From NCBI RefSeq assembly GCF_964355755.1, contig NC_092675.1:2971812-3035811 (forward strand): DNA of 64,000 bases, given 5' to 3'. The position numbers were made by a program, and so were the translations under genes. Numbering within the stretch: position 1 is the stretch's first letter; each line of letters opens with the position of its first letter. The DNA is from Antedon mediterranea. Taxonomy: Eukaryota > Animalia > Echinodermata. Below are positions 36,501 to 48,768 of the stretch, one piece after another. Under the pieces are notes generated by a model. The model was not told where the DNA came from, searched no databases, and was given only the letters and a program-made list of their open reading frames with translations.

Positions 36501-39500
36501 GCGCTAATACATGCATACCATGCACATTGTGTGGGCGACGATAATTTAGTAATAAGCGGAGAACTGAATCCCCCCCTCCCTCCCCTTTTGTACCTCATTT
36601 TTAACTCGCGTTTTCTATTAAAATATTTAATAAACATAGATTAAAAATATATGAAAATAATCCCTTAAACAAGATCTTTCCAGATATATAATTTTTATTC
36701 ACATGGGTATATCAGAAATAGTATATTTTTAACTTCAAAGACACGTCACTTTTTGAAATTTCACGAACGTGTTAAAATCGCGGTAACGAAAATCCGCTTC
36801 ATTGGGATACCTATTAGTAGTACTGTAGTGTTCTCACCCTTTTTGAGGAAGATTTTAATATACTAAAATATCATATTTTTTATGTCATAATTCTGTAATA
36901 AACCAAGTAGAATAGAAGTCAAGGTTTTCTTGTCGCTTAATTCAAACAGGAACAAAAAAACATACAGAATGGTATGTATCGTGCATACAATTACAGAACT
37001 GTAAAGTTGCGTGTCTTCCACAAATGTGGACATTATGCTGCCTTGAAAACCTAAACACGACAAGTCAATTACCGACGCAGGCCAACAGTGGTTGTCTAGG
37101 ACCTGTCATTTTTTCCCCACAGGTGACAGGCAGGCAGGAACAGCAGGCAACTAGTTATCCGCACATATGATAAAGGAAGTCTCACTGGGATTGAAACTAT
37201 GAAAAAGCACTTCTACAAATACATTCAGAATGGTAGCATTTTTAATTATGTGAAACTTGGTTGATACAGATAATGTAAACATTGACTTACTGTACAAAGG
37301 TATAAATTACCAGGATGCAGTACATCCAGTTAGAGTTAGTACTATTATTTAATGTAATCCAACAAATTGAGAAGCTGTGTCATACTGTAGGTACTGACAT
37401 ACATCCCCTTGTGGACAGTAGTTCTAATTTAAAGAAATCTCACAAAATAAAAACTGACACTTGACAGGGTAAACTCTGGCCTCTGAATCCTTGGCAAATC
37501 CAGAAGGCCAGCTATTACAAATGCACAAACCACTGTCTTAGAGAAGAGTTCAGAACAACTTTTTATTTTTCGGGTTATGTTCTTCCCTTGAACGGGATAA
37601 TGCCCATGTCAGTTTATCCAGGTATTAGCTAGACACATAATAGACTTGTGAATTACAATAGTAATGACTTATTAAAGAGAAATCAACTTTTGTAAACACA
37701 CCCTATAGTAAGTACTCTATGAATGCTTGTAACTATATAGATTCATTTGCATCAACAAATTTATTACATTGGTTGATTTGCATACTTACCAAATACCATG
37801 TAGCCCTCCAATCAGGATCAATAAAAGTCAGTTTACTATCGGGTTCAATTCCAGGTAAACCTCCTCTTTTTGTTCTTGATTTTAATGTCTGTTGTTCAAA
37901 TGATTTTACCTAAAAATTCAAATGAAAAAACAGTTTATAAAAAATGTATACTTTTGGAACATTGAAAAGGACATTAAAAGAATTCTATAAATACTATACT
38001 TGTATTGTCTCCATGACAAATTATTTATACACAATTTGTTGTTAAATAGTCATAGTCATATATACTTTATTGTCCATTTAAAAAACAGAAATGTGATTTG
38101 AAATTTAATGTCAAATACTGTATTAACTTTGATCAAAGATGAGATCGTGACAAAATTGTTGATTTCTTTTTTTTATAAATAAGTGAAATCAATATTTTTC
38201 TAATTTTTTTTAAAGGGAAATTGAATAACACTAATAGCACTAGGCCTGCCCTATCAACATTCTTTATATTTAATTTACTCTTGTTTCCTCGCCATCCTGT
38301 TCTGTTTATTAGCAACATGTTTTCAAATTGGTTCTTATTAAATTAAATAGAAAAAAAACATGTATGTACATGTATAGATATAGTGCCTTTTTAGCTGTTA
38401 TATTGAATTTTATTGTTCTTTATTTTTATAAAAATGTTATATAATATATATTTGTAAAAGGAATGAATAAATGTGGGTGACCCCCACGAAAGAGAAAAAA
38501 AAGAAAGAAAAAAAAAACATGTAAAATCAAGTGTTTAACATTATATTCAGTTCATAAATAAATTCTTTGAATGCAGATGTAAAACAGATTTTAAAGCATA
38601 ACACCAGGCCTGCCGTGCATGTACAGTACAATCGTACCGTGTTATTGAACCATTTCATGATTAAATTAAAGCCTTTCATTAAAATGAAACAATGGTTGCA
38701 AGAGTATCTGTTACCATATTTTAAACACCATTCAGTTGTCACTTTCATTTTAAGTCAAGCATAATGTAAATACTGTTATAACAATAGGTACAGTCATTAT
38801 TAAGGCTCAGTAAAGCAAATATTGGTAGTTACAATTGGACAGTCAGATATGATTATTTTTATAGGAAAGGTGAAACATAATAATTTTTTCATCTCCACCC
38901 ACTGTCTTACAGTATACACATTAAATAATTAAGTGTATTTTACAAATAACTGTAAGTAATACAGTTATACAGTATCTTAATAAAGCAAGTAAATAAGTAT
39001 GTATCTGCCAAAAAAAGTACTGTACAGGTATAACATTTCAATGGAAATAAAGAAATTGGTCTAAAAAACATTGAATTACAATCGTTTAGTCATTAAAATG
39101 TAATTTCTACCTTAAAAACAAGACTTTCATTGACTATTATTTACTTATTAAACATTAATAACGCTAATTATTTTTTAATATAGTATTTGAGTGGTAAGCC
39201 AGTAACGCAATGTGCCGTTAAATCATTTAATAATAGCATACAGATCATGTTACATACTTAGGGTTATAGACGTTAAATACCATTCTGTAACATACTTGAA
39301 GCGGAATAATTACTTTATTTAATGTACTGTAAATTATTTTCTTGGCAAAAGTACTGTACAGTTTGTAGAATGTTATTCTTAAATAATGAGTTTAATTTTT
39401 TTTTGACATGAGAAAAATCCCACGCTCAAGTATAATCTCAATCCATTCAATTTAGGCTAAAGTAATTTTTTAAGCTATCTGAGTAGTACAGTGAATCCCA

Positions 39501-42417
39501 TTCAATACATTAATGGCTAAACATGATAAAATTCAAAACTGTTATTAGTAATTCATAATAGAATATTCATTTATTCGTTTTATTGTCGTTTACAGTGTGT
39601 AACCAACTTACATGTGGATGTGACCGAAGGTGATAGTGTCTGTCTCTCGATGGCTGTACATATCGCTTTCTTCGTTGTCGGTGATCAATAAAATGAAAAT
39701 GGTTATCTACAATCTGTAGAGAAATAAGTTTAATTATTATTACACTTAAAATGCTAATACATAAATTATATTTAGTTTTATAATATTGTCGTATAAGTTG
39801 TAAAATGTCAATTTGTATCACACATATTACCTGAACTGTGTCTTTCTCTAAACTATTTTAATTGTACAACATGGTATCTTGACTTTTTTTCTTTTTTTTT
39901 TATTAGAGATCATTCACAGCAATATACTGTACAGGTAGGAACATATGTGGCACATGCAAGCAAAATCGGACATACAGTAAGCCGCATTTGTAGATTTGTA
40001 GAAACAGCCAAAAACATTAAAAAAGGCTGAAAAATGACATTTTTTTATTTTTACAGAAAATGATAGCTGAAACAAAATTTATTTACATTTAAAACCTTGG
40101 TGTTTTTCTATTTTGAGACAAATAAATAGATACATTTTAACATTTTGTTTAGTATGTTGGTTAAAAAGATGGTGTAAATTATGTACTGTATGATTTAAAT
40201 AACACCTATCATGTTTTATGCTTAAATTGAAAGTGTTCCATTGGGTTGATTTTAATGAAATTTTGCATAATAATAGAACAATAGTTAATTAAGGAAGGTG
40301 CGAAGTTTCATTGAAATAAAACAATTAGAATACCCTTTTGCTAAGGCGTAAACTTAGACACCCTGTTTCTTTTGTTGTTGTTTTTTTTCATGTTACTTAA
40401 CTTTAAAAGCATTTTTCTCAAAACACTGATTGTAACAACCAAAACTTTAGGCTGAGATATCTCTGGAAGTAGAAATGGTATCATCAAGATATTTTTTTTC
40501 AGCATTCTAAATCTTGGATTATGTAGTTTCAGTATTTGTGGAAATTTCAATTTTGAAAATTCCAACTTATGTCTGGTTTCCCTAGCAGATGCCACATATT
40601 ATAATACAGTTATCATTTTAATTTAATAACAGTTTTTACATTATTTTATCTTTTATTTCCATAAGGTAGAGTATACTGTTTCGAAGGTCTACAGTACAAA
40701 TGCTTATTTTATCCCCTTTAAACATACAGCACATTGACAATTATGTCATCTCTTTACCAATCAAATTACAGTAAAGTACTGTAATCTAGTAAATTTAATC
40801 TTATTGTTGATTATAACAATTAACATATACTGTAATTTGTAATGAGGTATGCCTACAGTAGTAACACTTCTAAATAATAAATGTTGACTGTAAAACATGA
40901 TCATTCATCTTATCTTTAAAACATGTCATATAATAATATACATTCAGTAAATAAAAAAATAATATATGACCAAAGATAAAGATTTTTTCATTTGTGTCTC
41001 TTTTTGTTTTGTTGTATAGTTTTTAAATCATGTACTGGAATGATATGGTGATTCAAGTGTTTATCCGTTTTTAAATAAAGGTGTTCTTATTTATTATGTT
41101 CATTGTCAATATTTCATTCTCAAGACTGATTGTATCAGTGTATGAACTCCTGGTCGCTGTTGTCTTATCCTACGGTATAATAGTAATATTCATATGATGT
41201 CAAAATCAATATTCATTCATTCATAATCAATATCAGATCTACATACTGTAGTGTAAGATTGTAAGTTTAAATGAGCCTAAATTTCGGGCAATCAAGTCTC
41301 TGCACAGAACAGTACCTACAATATTTTACCAACAAAATATTATATTCTACACTTGTGTACTGTACAGTAACACTGAACACAGAGTATGGTACGACAAAAG
41401 ATATTAATTTCAAAACTAAATATGAATACAGTATTTTTTATCTTTAAAGATTGTACAAAAAATGAATTGTTTAAGGTCAACTATCGAAATGCAAATCTAT
41501 AATTACAATCTATAATACACATGTGTTGTATTGGTAGTGGAAGTACAGTACTACAGGATGCTAACTAATCCATGCTAAATTGTCCTTATGGAGACGACAT
41601 GGATACTGTTAAGTGTACAGTAGGGGTACAGTAATGGTGAGTTAAGAATACAGAATTACACAGTTTGAAGATTTTACTGTGAAATAATTAAAATCTTCTC
41701 ATAATCTAATAATAAATACTGAGGGTGGAAGAGGTGTTCAAAATAAAGCTAACTTTGATTTAAAATTACAAATTATAACTCTTGCCTCTTGTACAAAAAT
41801 GAAGTTTTTTGGACAAATAGTTCTCAAGAAAATGCAATTTCAGTTTACTTGTTTGTTACTTTACAAACTACTCACCAGCTTTTGAAATTTTTCTATTTCT
41901 ATCTTTTAACACTATCTGAGGTCTGAAAATAATACTTAAAATTAATCCAGAATTGGGATCCTGGCTCAGATTGGTTCAAAAATTTAATGGAGTGGTCTTT
42001 GACCACATATCGATCTGTACTTTCATTTTGGTAAAGATCTTGCAATGACTTTTCAAGTAATCCTGCTAACAAACAAACACATGCGATTGACTACATACAT
42101 CCTTGGCAGAGGTAAATAAATACTGTATTGATAATTTTGATTTGAACGCATTTTATTTTAACATAACCCCAAAAGCCTCAATCTCATGACACTGTACAGT
42201 AAACAATTACAGGGCCCACTGTACTTACCTCACCCATGTTAATAAATCCATGCATAGTGGCTACAGCGTCCGCTGCTTCTTTACCGCCCTCAACGTGCAC
42301 TGCATAAGTGTTGGTATATATAGCAACTGAATCCACTTGATAAACATTTAAAAAACTCAAAAGCACAGCGAAACAAAAATAATGTCTTGATAATTTTATA
42401 GACCAGTGTTGAAACAT
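15569..42417 (-). CDS. FURIN: Furin-like subtilisin/kexin proprotein convertase, 13 coding exons, about 1056 aa
   Basis: GT-AG exons with consistent phase: 42229-42417 (signal/prodomain), 39612-39713, 37790-37909 (RTKR autocleavage), 30007-30135 (ILDDG, Asp), 25753-25829, 24958-25046 (HGTRCAGE, His), 23383-23555 ([16 protein letters not shown]), 20133-20345 (WASGNGG, oxyanion Asn), 19537-19637 (GTSASAP, Ser), 19111-19214, 18343-18460, 17237-17541 (P domain, RRGDL), 15569-17019 (Thr-rich stalk, Cys-rich FU repeats, TM, YQKL tail). Furin versus PC5/PACE4 orthology was not formally tested. Confidence 0.93.
18703..18963 (+). mobile_element. tRNA-derived SINE
   Basis: A-box-like TGGTCGAGCGG, degenerate B-box, central GGATAAGGAC...GCTCATGTGCACTTTAAAGAACCTAGT and a (TTCAAA)n tail. 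A second copy lies at about 46090-46365. Confidence 0.7.
19401..19499. mobile_element. MITE family A, copy 2 (internally deleted)
   Basis: AACTCTGTCTATACTATCAAAC ... TTGATAGTGTAGACAGAGC. Confidence 0.75.
19705..20022. mobile_element. MITE family B with TTAA TSD and AG...CT termini (Kolobok-like)
   Basis: TTAA-AGATGTATTGTCCCCC ... GGGAGACAATACATCT-TTAA. An inverted full copy lies at 54482-54830, with partial copies near 34070-34292 and 27700-27860. Confidence 0.85.
23228..23324. mobile_element. Small TTAA-flanked MITE
   Basis: TTAA-AGACCCATTCTCTAC ... GTAGGAAATGGGACT-TTAA. Confidence 0.6.
26027..26227. mobile_element. MITE family A, copy 3, with an expanded internal 20-bp subrepeat
   Basis: AGCTCTGTATACACTATCAAAC ... 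TTTGATAGTGTAGACAGAGCT, containing CATATCACTACCATATTTGGG about 4 times. Confidence 0.85.
28928..29430 (-). mobile_element. 3' fragment of a CR1/L2-group LINE
   Basis: [34 protein letters not shown] is typical of the ORF2 C-terminus. It is followed by a 3' UTR and an AATAAAG(AAAC)n tail. Confidence 0.7.
32073..32209. mobile_element. MITE family A, copy 4 (degenerate)
   Basis: Internal ACTTTATGTAACAAAAATGTGATG...CATATTTGGGCACATCACAC and right end GTAGACAGAGCT. Confidence 0.65.
35178..36813. mobile_element. 1.64-kb non-autonomous DNA transposon with 14-bp TIRs and a 7-bp TSD (hAT-like)
   Basis: TAGGTATCCCAATG (35178-35191) is inverted with CATTGGGATACCTA (36800-36813). TTAGTAG lies at 35171-35177 and 36814-36820. 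No transposase ORF. Confidence 0.85.
39947..40595. mobile_element. Non-autonomous TIR element flanked by ATAT
   Basis: ATAT-GTGGCACATGCAAGCAAAATCGGACATA ... TATGTCTGGTTTCCCTAGCAGATGCCAC-ATAT (imperfect TIR of about 28 bp). Confidence 0.7.
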
Positions 42418-43231
42418 TATAACAGAAATGTTATATTCAGCTATTAAAGAATGCAAGAAAATAGGTATTTACACAGAAAAATGTGTTTATTTTACTAAAC
42501 CATCAGTAAAAATAAGAAGAAATGTTGTGTGGACTGGAAAAAGGAATGTTTTGGGACCAAGTCTAATAAAGATGACAGTGATGCATCATCAGTGGTATTC
42601 CATATTTGTTTTCTTTAGTAAATCTGAAAAAACAAATACACATTTATATTATTAGGCCAACATTATTATCTCTACTCTGTCTAAATAATATAAAGATTTA
42701 AAAACATGAATAAAACACATCAACCCAATACTGGGAAAAAACCTGACCGAAAACCAACATTTGGTACAGACCCAATTTTTTTTATCATAAATAATTTAAA
42801 AACAATATTTTGGAAACTTTCTGGATATTTTCAGATATTTAGGTTACCGTAGCCTGAAGTTTTCTTTACTGATATTTTGACCATATTTAAATTATTAGTC
42901 ACATGTTCTGCTACGAACGAATAAAAAAAAATAAAAAATTTACTAAACAAAAGTTAAAATACATTTTGACACATTGTATTAGTTAATTAGGCCTAACAGC
43001 ACTGTCAGTAACTACGGGTAAGCCTAGGCCTAGTTACTTGACCTTATGACTTATTGATCACATTCCGTTCACAGTATATACCCCTAGGCCTCTCTGAACA
43101 GTAAAGTAGGGCCACCAACTAATTGTTTTAAGCTGCTAGCCTAGCTAGTCGATTGAAGTGTCGGTATATTCAGTTCACAAAAAATCATACAAAAGTAGTT
43201 TCAGTACAATGACAATCACTATAAATCTTAC

Positions 43232-43480
43232 CATTTCACTGACAATTATTCTTTGAACCATACAACTCAAGTATTGTTATAATATGGATGTATTTTATAG
43301 TTCTTTTATGCAGCTTTGTCCGTTGTTAAACCACAAATTACGCTTGAAATAGATCGGTTGATTGAAAGAAGTAACAGGAAACTTTTTCAGAGAAGCTTCC
43401 TGTGCTGCTGCTCTCTCTCGTCGACGATGATGATACGACGTATGATGCGCTTGAGTAAGCAGCACGAGGGGGCGCTATGT
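43232..43480 (-). promoter_or_regulatory. Probable non-coding first exon and promoter of the furin gene, with a CTCF-like site
   Basis: Donor ATG|GTAAGA at 43232 and acceptor TTTTCAG| at 42623 upstream of the ATG. TAGGCCTA-rich DNA lies just inside the intron. GCACGAGGGGGCGCT at 43462-43476 matches the CTCF consensus. Confidence 0.5.
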
Positions 43481-44112
43481 TACTTCTGCCCACAGCAGGA
43501 GAGCCATAATATAATAAGGCTCTGCTTCTGCCTACGACGTAACAGAGCCATATATATCAACTATCCAGATGCGACTTCAACATTTTAGGTGGGGTTTTCT
43601 ACTTTATAAACTCGACTTCGTATGCATAAGGCCTGCCCGACGGAATTAGTGTAAGCTTCGAAGTTGGTCTAGAAATCGGCATCTTTGCAAATGTTCTATA
43701 TTTGATCTTATTTCACTCTCCATTAACCAAATACAAGAACCATCGGAGACAAACATGTTTATTCTGGGATTGTGCGGCCATACACACCAACTACACACCA
43801 TAAACGTTTATTCATAACATATTAATATACAATATCTTGCATCGGACATTTCGCTACCACCAATGTTGATTAACAAAATCAAAATTAAGTGTGACGTGTT
43901 TACCACGAATGACTAACAATACCATCTTTCCCATTACACCTGCACAAACTCATTTGCATAACAACGAACGGCATACCACCAAACTACGGTGAGACATACA
44001 TTCCCTTCTAAACACGTAATATAATGATGATAATTAATTCCTTTTTTTAACATTAAAATTGAGGGCGCTAAACATACAATTTACGAGACAGCGAAAGCCA
44101 AACAAAGAGAGT

Positions 44113-44360
44113 AAAAAATGTGCCCTCCCTGCCTCAGCACTAAGGCCCTGCCACAGCCTTGGGTCGTTTCTACCACATCATCACCAGATGCATTGCTAGT
44201 GCCTTCTCAAGATGTGTGGTGGAAAGGGGGACGTATAATTCTGTGAACCCCAAACACAGTGGTCGCATACCTTTAACTCTATTCCACCGATCAGCGTGGG
44301 AATCGAACCCACGACATACGTGTTGTCAACACGACGCTCAGATGACTGAGCTAACTGGTC
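44113..44360 (-). mobile_element. tRNA(Ile)-like head plus a body of about 175 nt ending in T6 (SINE or Pol III ncRNA)
   Basis: Minus strand GACCAGTTAGCTCAGTCATCTGAGCGTCGTGTTGACAACACGTATGTCGTGGGTTCGATTCCCACGCTGATC (44360-44289) folds as a cloverleaf with a perfect T-arm and resembles tRNA-Ile(AAT). The anticodon position reads GAC and the D-loop GG is missing. Confidence 0.65.
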
Positions 44361-44458
44361 ATTTTGGTTTTAACAAGGTTAATAGGATATTTATGACGTA
44401 ATGATGAATTACGTAATACACGTATAAATAGACTATTATCAGCTGTTCAGTCATGTAC

Positions 44459-44560
44459 TGCTTTGTAGCGTAATGGATAATGCTCAGGTTTGGGTGCTCT
44501 CAGCTCTACTGTAGTTGATTGGGTTCGAACCTCTACGGATTTTTTTTTTTTTTTTTTTTT
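44459..44560 (+). pseudogene. tRNA-like sequence (Pro-TGG-like loop) followed by a long T tract
   Basis: A-box TAGCGTAATGG with D-stem GCGT/ATGC, loop TTTGGGT, B-box GGTTCGAACC, then about 21 T. Acceptor and anticodon stems pair poorly. Confidence 0.5.
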
Positions 44561-45478
44561 AAATTGAAAATAAATATTGTTTTTCTTTGAGTTTGAAAGA
44601 GAGATATTTTGAGGGTTGTAAATGTCAGGCCTAAACAAGTGGACCTTTATTAAAATCAGAAACAAAGTTGCATGGGATTATTTTCCATTAAATAGACAAC
44701 CATAAAACCTCGAAAAAAAGCCCATGTGCTTCTTCATTTTTAATAATCTTTATTACTCCAGGGATGAGTGGTTACTTTAAAGTCACGATCTCCCCTCCAG
44801 GTTCTCCTCCCAATTTCTAATAATATTCTAATATAATATAATATTGAGTATACATTACCGTACTTTTTTGTCTATCCATGGCATAACTGTGTTAATGTTT
44901 CTTTATAAAGCGCCCTCTATATCGTCACACGCGAATGCGCGATGCTCTGCTGTGTTATCTCATGGAGTACTCCATGGTTATCTGAGTAAACGCCCTCTAT
45001 ATCGTCACACACGAATGTTCTCCTAAGGTTTTTACCCACACGCGCTTGTATACGATGGCATAGACTCTGCTAAACGTCAAAAATAATACAATACATCAAG
45101 TAATTAGCAAGGAAAGTGCTTTTATTTGTATATATTTTTAGATCTCCAAATATTGCACATTAACACAATTATTAGATTTATATAACCCTTACAGAATATT
45201 ACAAATTGTGTATAGTATCATTTGGTCCTCATGTTGTTCTTAAACAAAAAGAAAACAAATACAGAACATATATCGCTTGTACATACAAGCTGTTTCTGTT
45301 ATTAGATATAAAAAGCTCTATCACTGACTATACAGAATAAAGTAGTACATATAAATAGAAATTTAATGACATATCTTGCTGTTGGCTTTGTAAACTGAAC
45401 TCACTTTCGATGCTCATTTCATTAGTACACATACAAATGCTGCTATAGTTCACTCAAAATTTGATAGCCAATTCTCGG

Positions 45479-45656
45479 TACTGTGTCTAAATTTGTCATA
45501 GACATATTCTGTGATACAGCATCACATGTGATATCACATGCGATGCCAACATAGACCATAACCTAACACTTAAACTAACTTTTCATGATACAGGAAACAC
45601 ATGTGATACACATGTGATGCTGTATTATAGAATATTGTCATGTGGAGATACAGTAC
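45479..45656. mobile_element. Palindromic MITE-like element
   Basis: TATTCTGTGATACAGCATCACATGTG is inverted with CACATGTGATGCTGTATTATAGAATA, with outer TACTGTGTCT/AGATACAGTA. Confidence 0.55.
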
Positions 45657-46089
45657 AGACATTTGGGTAAATATGAATGATAAAGTACTTTAATTAGTAA
45701 ATAATACAAAAAGCATTTAATCAACTTGTTCATCTGTAAAAGCAACAAAGTTTAGTAGAATATACTAAAATACAAACATATTTTAACATATGCGAAAAAT
45801 GTACATCAATTTGTTATGAAATATTCAAGATAGCAAATTCTTTACAAATTACAAATAAAATATTATAGTTAGTTATATTATATTGTTCATTCTAATATAG
45901 CAATAATAAAGTATTTTGCATCTCAATAACTAAAAACATATAAGAATATATAATACATCGATATAAAACATTAAAAATCAGTAATTATCAAACACTTATT
46001 ATGTTCATTGAAAGAATATAAGTTAAATATTTTCCATGCCACACATACTAATTTATAGTAAGAAATATTTTTAGGTACTGCAAGAGGGC

Positions 46090-46365
46090 GTCGCTGAGTT
46101 AGTGGCGGTTAACATCAGCAAGGGTTCAAGGGTCACTCGCTCCATGGTTCTAGTGGTAGAACGAGTCTTCTCAAACCATAAGCCCAGTGTACACATCTGG
46201 CTCATGTGCATTTTAAAGAACCTAGTTCATCTTTTCTTACCCCGGTGTACTAGTCAACATACACAGCCATTGTGCAATTGGGGCTGGACCGTTTGAGAGG
46301 TATTTACCATCTGTTGGTCCCATTCTTCACTAATGTATATCTTAGTGAGAAGTTGAATAAATAAT
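46090..46365 (+). mobile_element. Second copy of the tRNA-derived SINE at 18703
   Basis: Shares GCAAGGGTTCAAGG..ACTCGCTCCATGGTTCT..TGGTA..AC.AGTCTTCT and GCTCATGTGCA.TTTAAAGAACCTAGT with the first copy. Confidence 0.7.
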
Positions 46366-48659
46366 AATTTCTTCTTTTTGTCATATACTGTACACAGGTT
46401 AATGAGTACAATAAATGTCTTCTAAATTTGTCTATGGCAGTAATTTCATCAAAGAACTTATTATTTAATAATATTGAAGATCTGTTCTATCTGTATTTGC
46501 ACAAAGTTCTTGCATGTTTAAATGGGATTTGTTTAATGTAAATATAAATACTTTTTGAATAGTGTACAGTAATTATTACCATGTATTCTAAGCAATCAAA
46601 TAAAACATAATTAATTTAAAAAGTTAATCAAACTTGAATTTCTATCAAGGCACTTTCATACAGCAAGGCAAAAAGCAAAACATAGGTTACAATAACAATG
46701 ATTCATTCAAGGATATAACATTGTATTTTAAAATAAACAAGCTATGATTACTATTTCAAGAATGGTTTGTAACTAAAATTTTATCTACAATTTTTTAATC
46801 TAAATTAATTTAATATTATCACTTTATTATTTTATGAAGAGGTAACTTTTGTAACCTCACCCACAAAATATCCTAAAAATAAGCCACTATTCATGTTTTT
46901 TTTTAGAAATTAAATCCATAAAATAAAGCATCAAATTTGAATATAAATATTGTTTATATACCAACAATTTTGTAGTCATATATTTCATATAGAATATTGC
47001 ATCTGGGATACATACAGTTTAAAACTTGTCAATGATAATCCGCTGTTTTCACACAAAATTATACAAATAAAAATGATTAATTATAATTAACATCCAAAGA
47101 TTACGAAAGGATAAATATACACCAAAAGCGAATCATAAAATATTCTACATAAAAACACACCCAATAATTAAAATATTAAACAAATGACACTATATATAAG
47201 GATGTTCCTAGGTGTAGTAGAGAACATTGTTTACATTTACAAAAGAAGTCTGAACCAGCCAACTACTTTCAACATGAGAATAATATTTCATCAATCAAAA
47301 TAAAGGATCAAAATATAAATTAAATAAATTAGATTGGATAGTACTTTAAAATTGGAATAACAGAAAGACAAAATAATATAAATTAATAATAACAATATTT
47401 AAAATTTTCAAGGAAAACACAATTTTACAGTTACCTTACAAATCCAGCATTTCATTTTATCACTTATTTTACAAATAAAGGCAAGCACAGGAACCAAAAG
47501 GATTCTACTGCAGTTACTGAAGTAACTACAAATTTTGTTTACTCTTTAACCAGCAAATATTTAGCAATCTTTTTAATAATCGTACACACTGCTTGTTGCA
47601 GTCACTGTAATTAACTAAAATTAAGCAATAATTGTAGTAAAACATTTAGTTACAGCAGTAGAATAATCTTGATGCCATGAATTTGTTTAATCTAAGAGTA
47701 AAACCCTACAGAATTCTCTGTAGCTGTAAAATAAAATAATCACACAGTTAAATAATCTTACAACTATTTTTGCAGCAATTGTTACAGTATGCTCATTATT
47801 AAAAAAGTTAACTATATTAAATTTGCAAATTTATTATTAGATATAGTATAATATAATATATAAATTGTATCAAAATGTAAGACCTGCTAGTTGTAAATCA
47901 CTCCTTATCTAATACCAACTGCTCTAGCGTCAAGCTAAATATACATATTTCAAAGAAGAACCTTCCAGTAAACTTCTATCTTTTTTTCACAACAACCAAT
48001 AACTTTAAACACTAAAATATCCAAAAATATTATAAAATACTAAATTAGCTGTGTAAAGAAAAAGATAGCATTTAACATGCTTGTTTAAAAACGCTTATTT
48101 AAAAACGGAAACCATCCATACCCTTTGTTCATAAAACTTCCATCAAAATCTAACTTAAATCTCAAACACTTGAAAATCTCACGAAAATTGTGGGAGTTTT
48201 AGCAATATTTCAAGTGATCCTCCATCTCCCACTAAAGGTGCAATTTATCCAAATTGTTTAGGATATACAAACAAACATTTGGATAGTGCATAATTTAACT
48301 TTAGGTTCCACTTCTAACCCTTTTTGGTTAACTAAAGTGTGAAAATATGCTGGTGGATGAAACATATTTCCCATAATGCAATTTGCATAAGTTACACTTG
48401 CAAACCATTCTTTTCCTTTCTAAAGTAGCACCCTCTATGTTTGGATGTACTTTATAAAAAGTATAGCAGCCTTTATAAAGACACTTTTATAAAGAATTTG
48501 AATATTTCATTTCCCAAGTTTTGGAAATAAATAACTAAATAAGGATAGTGTAGTTTTTGACAGTAGGCACTTAAAATACTAGCCCTAGGTTGTGTCTAAT
48601 CAGCAATTGCTATGCCTGTCTAGTATAGAGAAATCAACATAGCCAGAAATGAATTAGGA

Positions 48660-48768
48660 TCTGTCTGATGTCTCGTCTGTCTGTCTATCTATCTATCTGT
48701 CTGTCTGTCTGGTGTCTCGTCTGTCTGCCTGTCTGTCTGCCTGTCTATCTGTCTGTCTATCTGTCTGT
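48660..48768. repeat. Imperfect (CTGT)n/(CTAT)n microsatellite
   Basis: Direct tetranucleotide repeats, which also explain the QTDRQTDR ORF. Confidence 0.85.

Noticed and set aside
44289-44360. Functional tRNA-Val(GAC)
   Set aside because: The D-loop lacks GG, there is an acceptor mismatch, the body is Ile-like and no terminator follows immediately.
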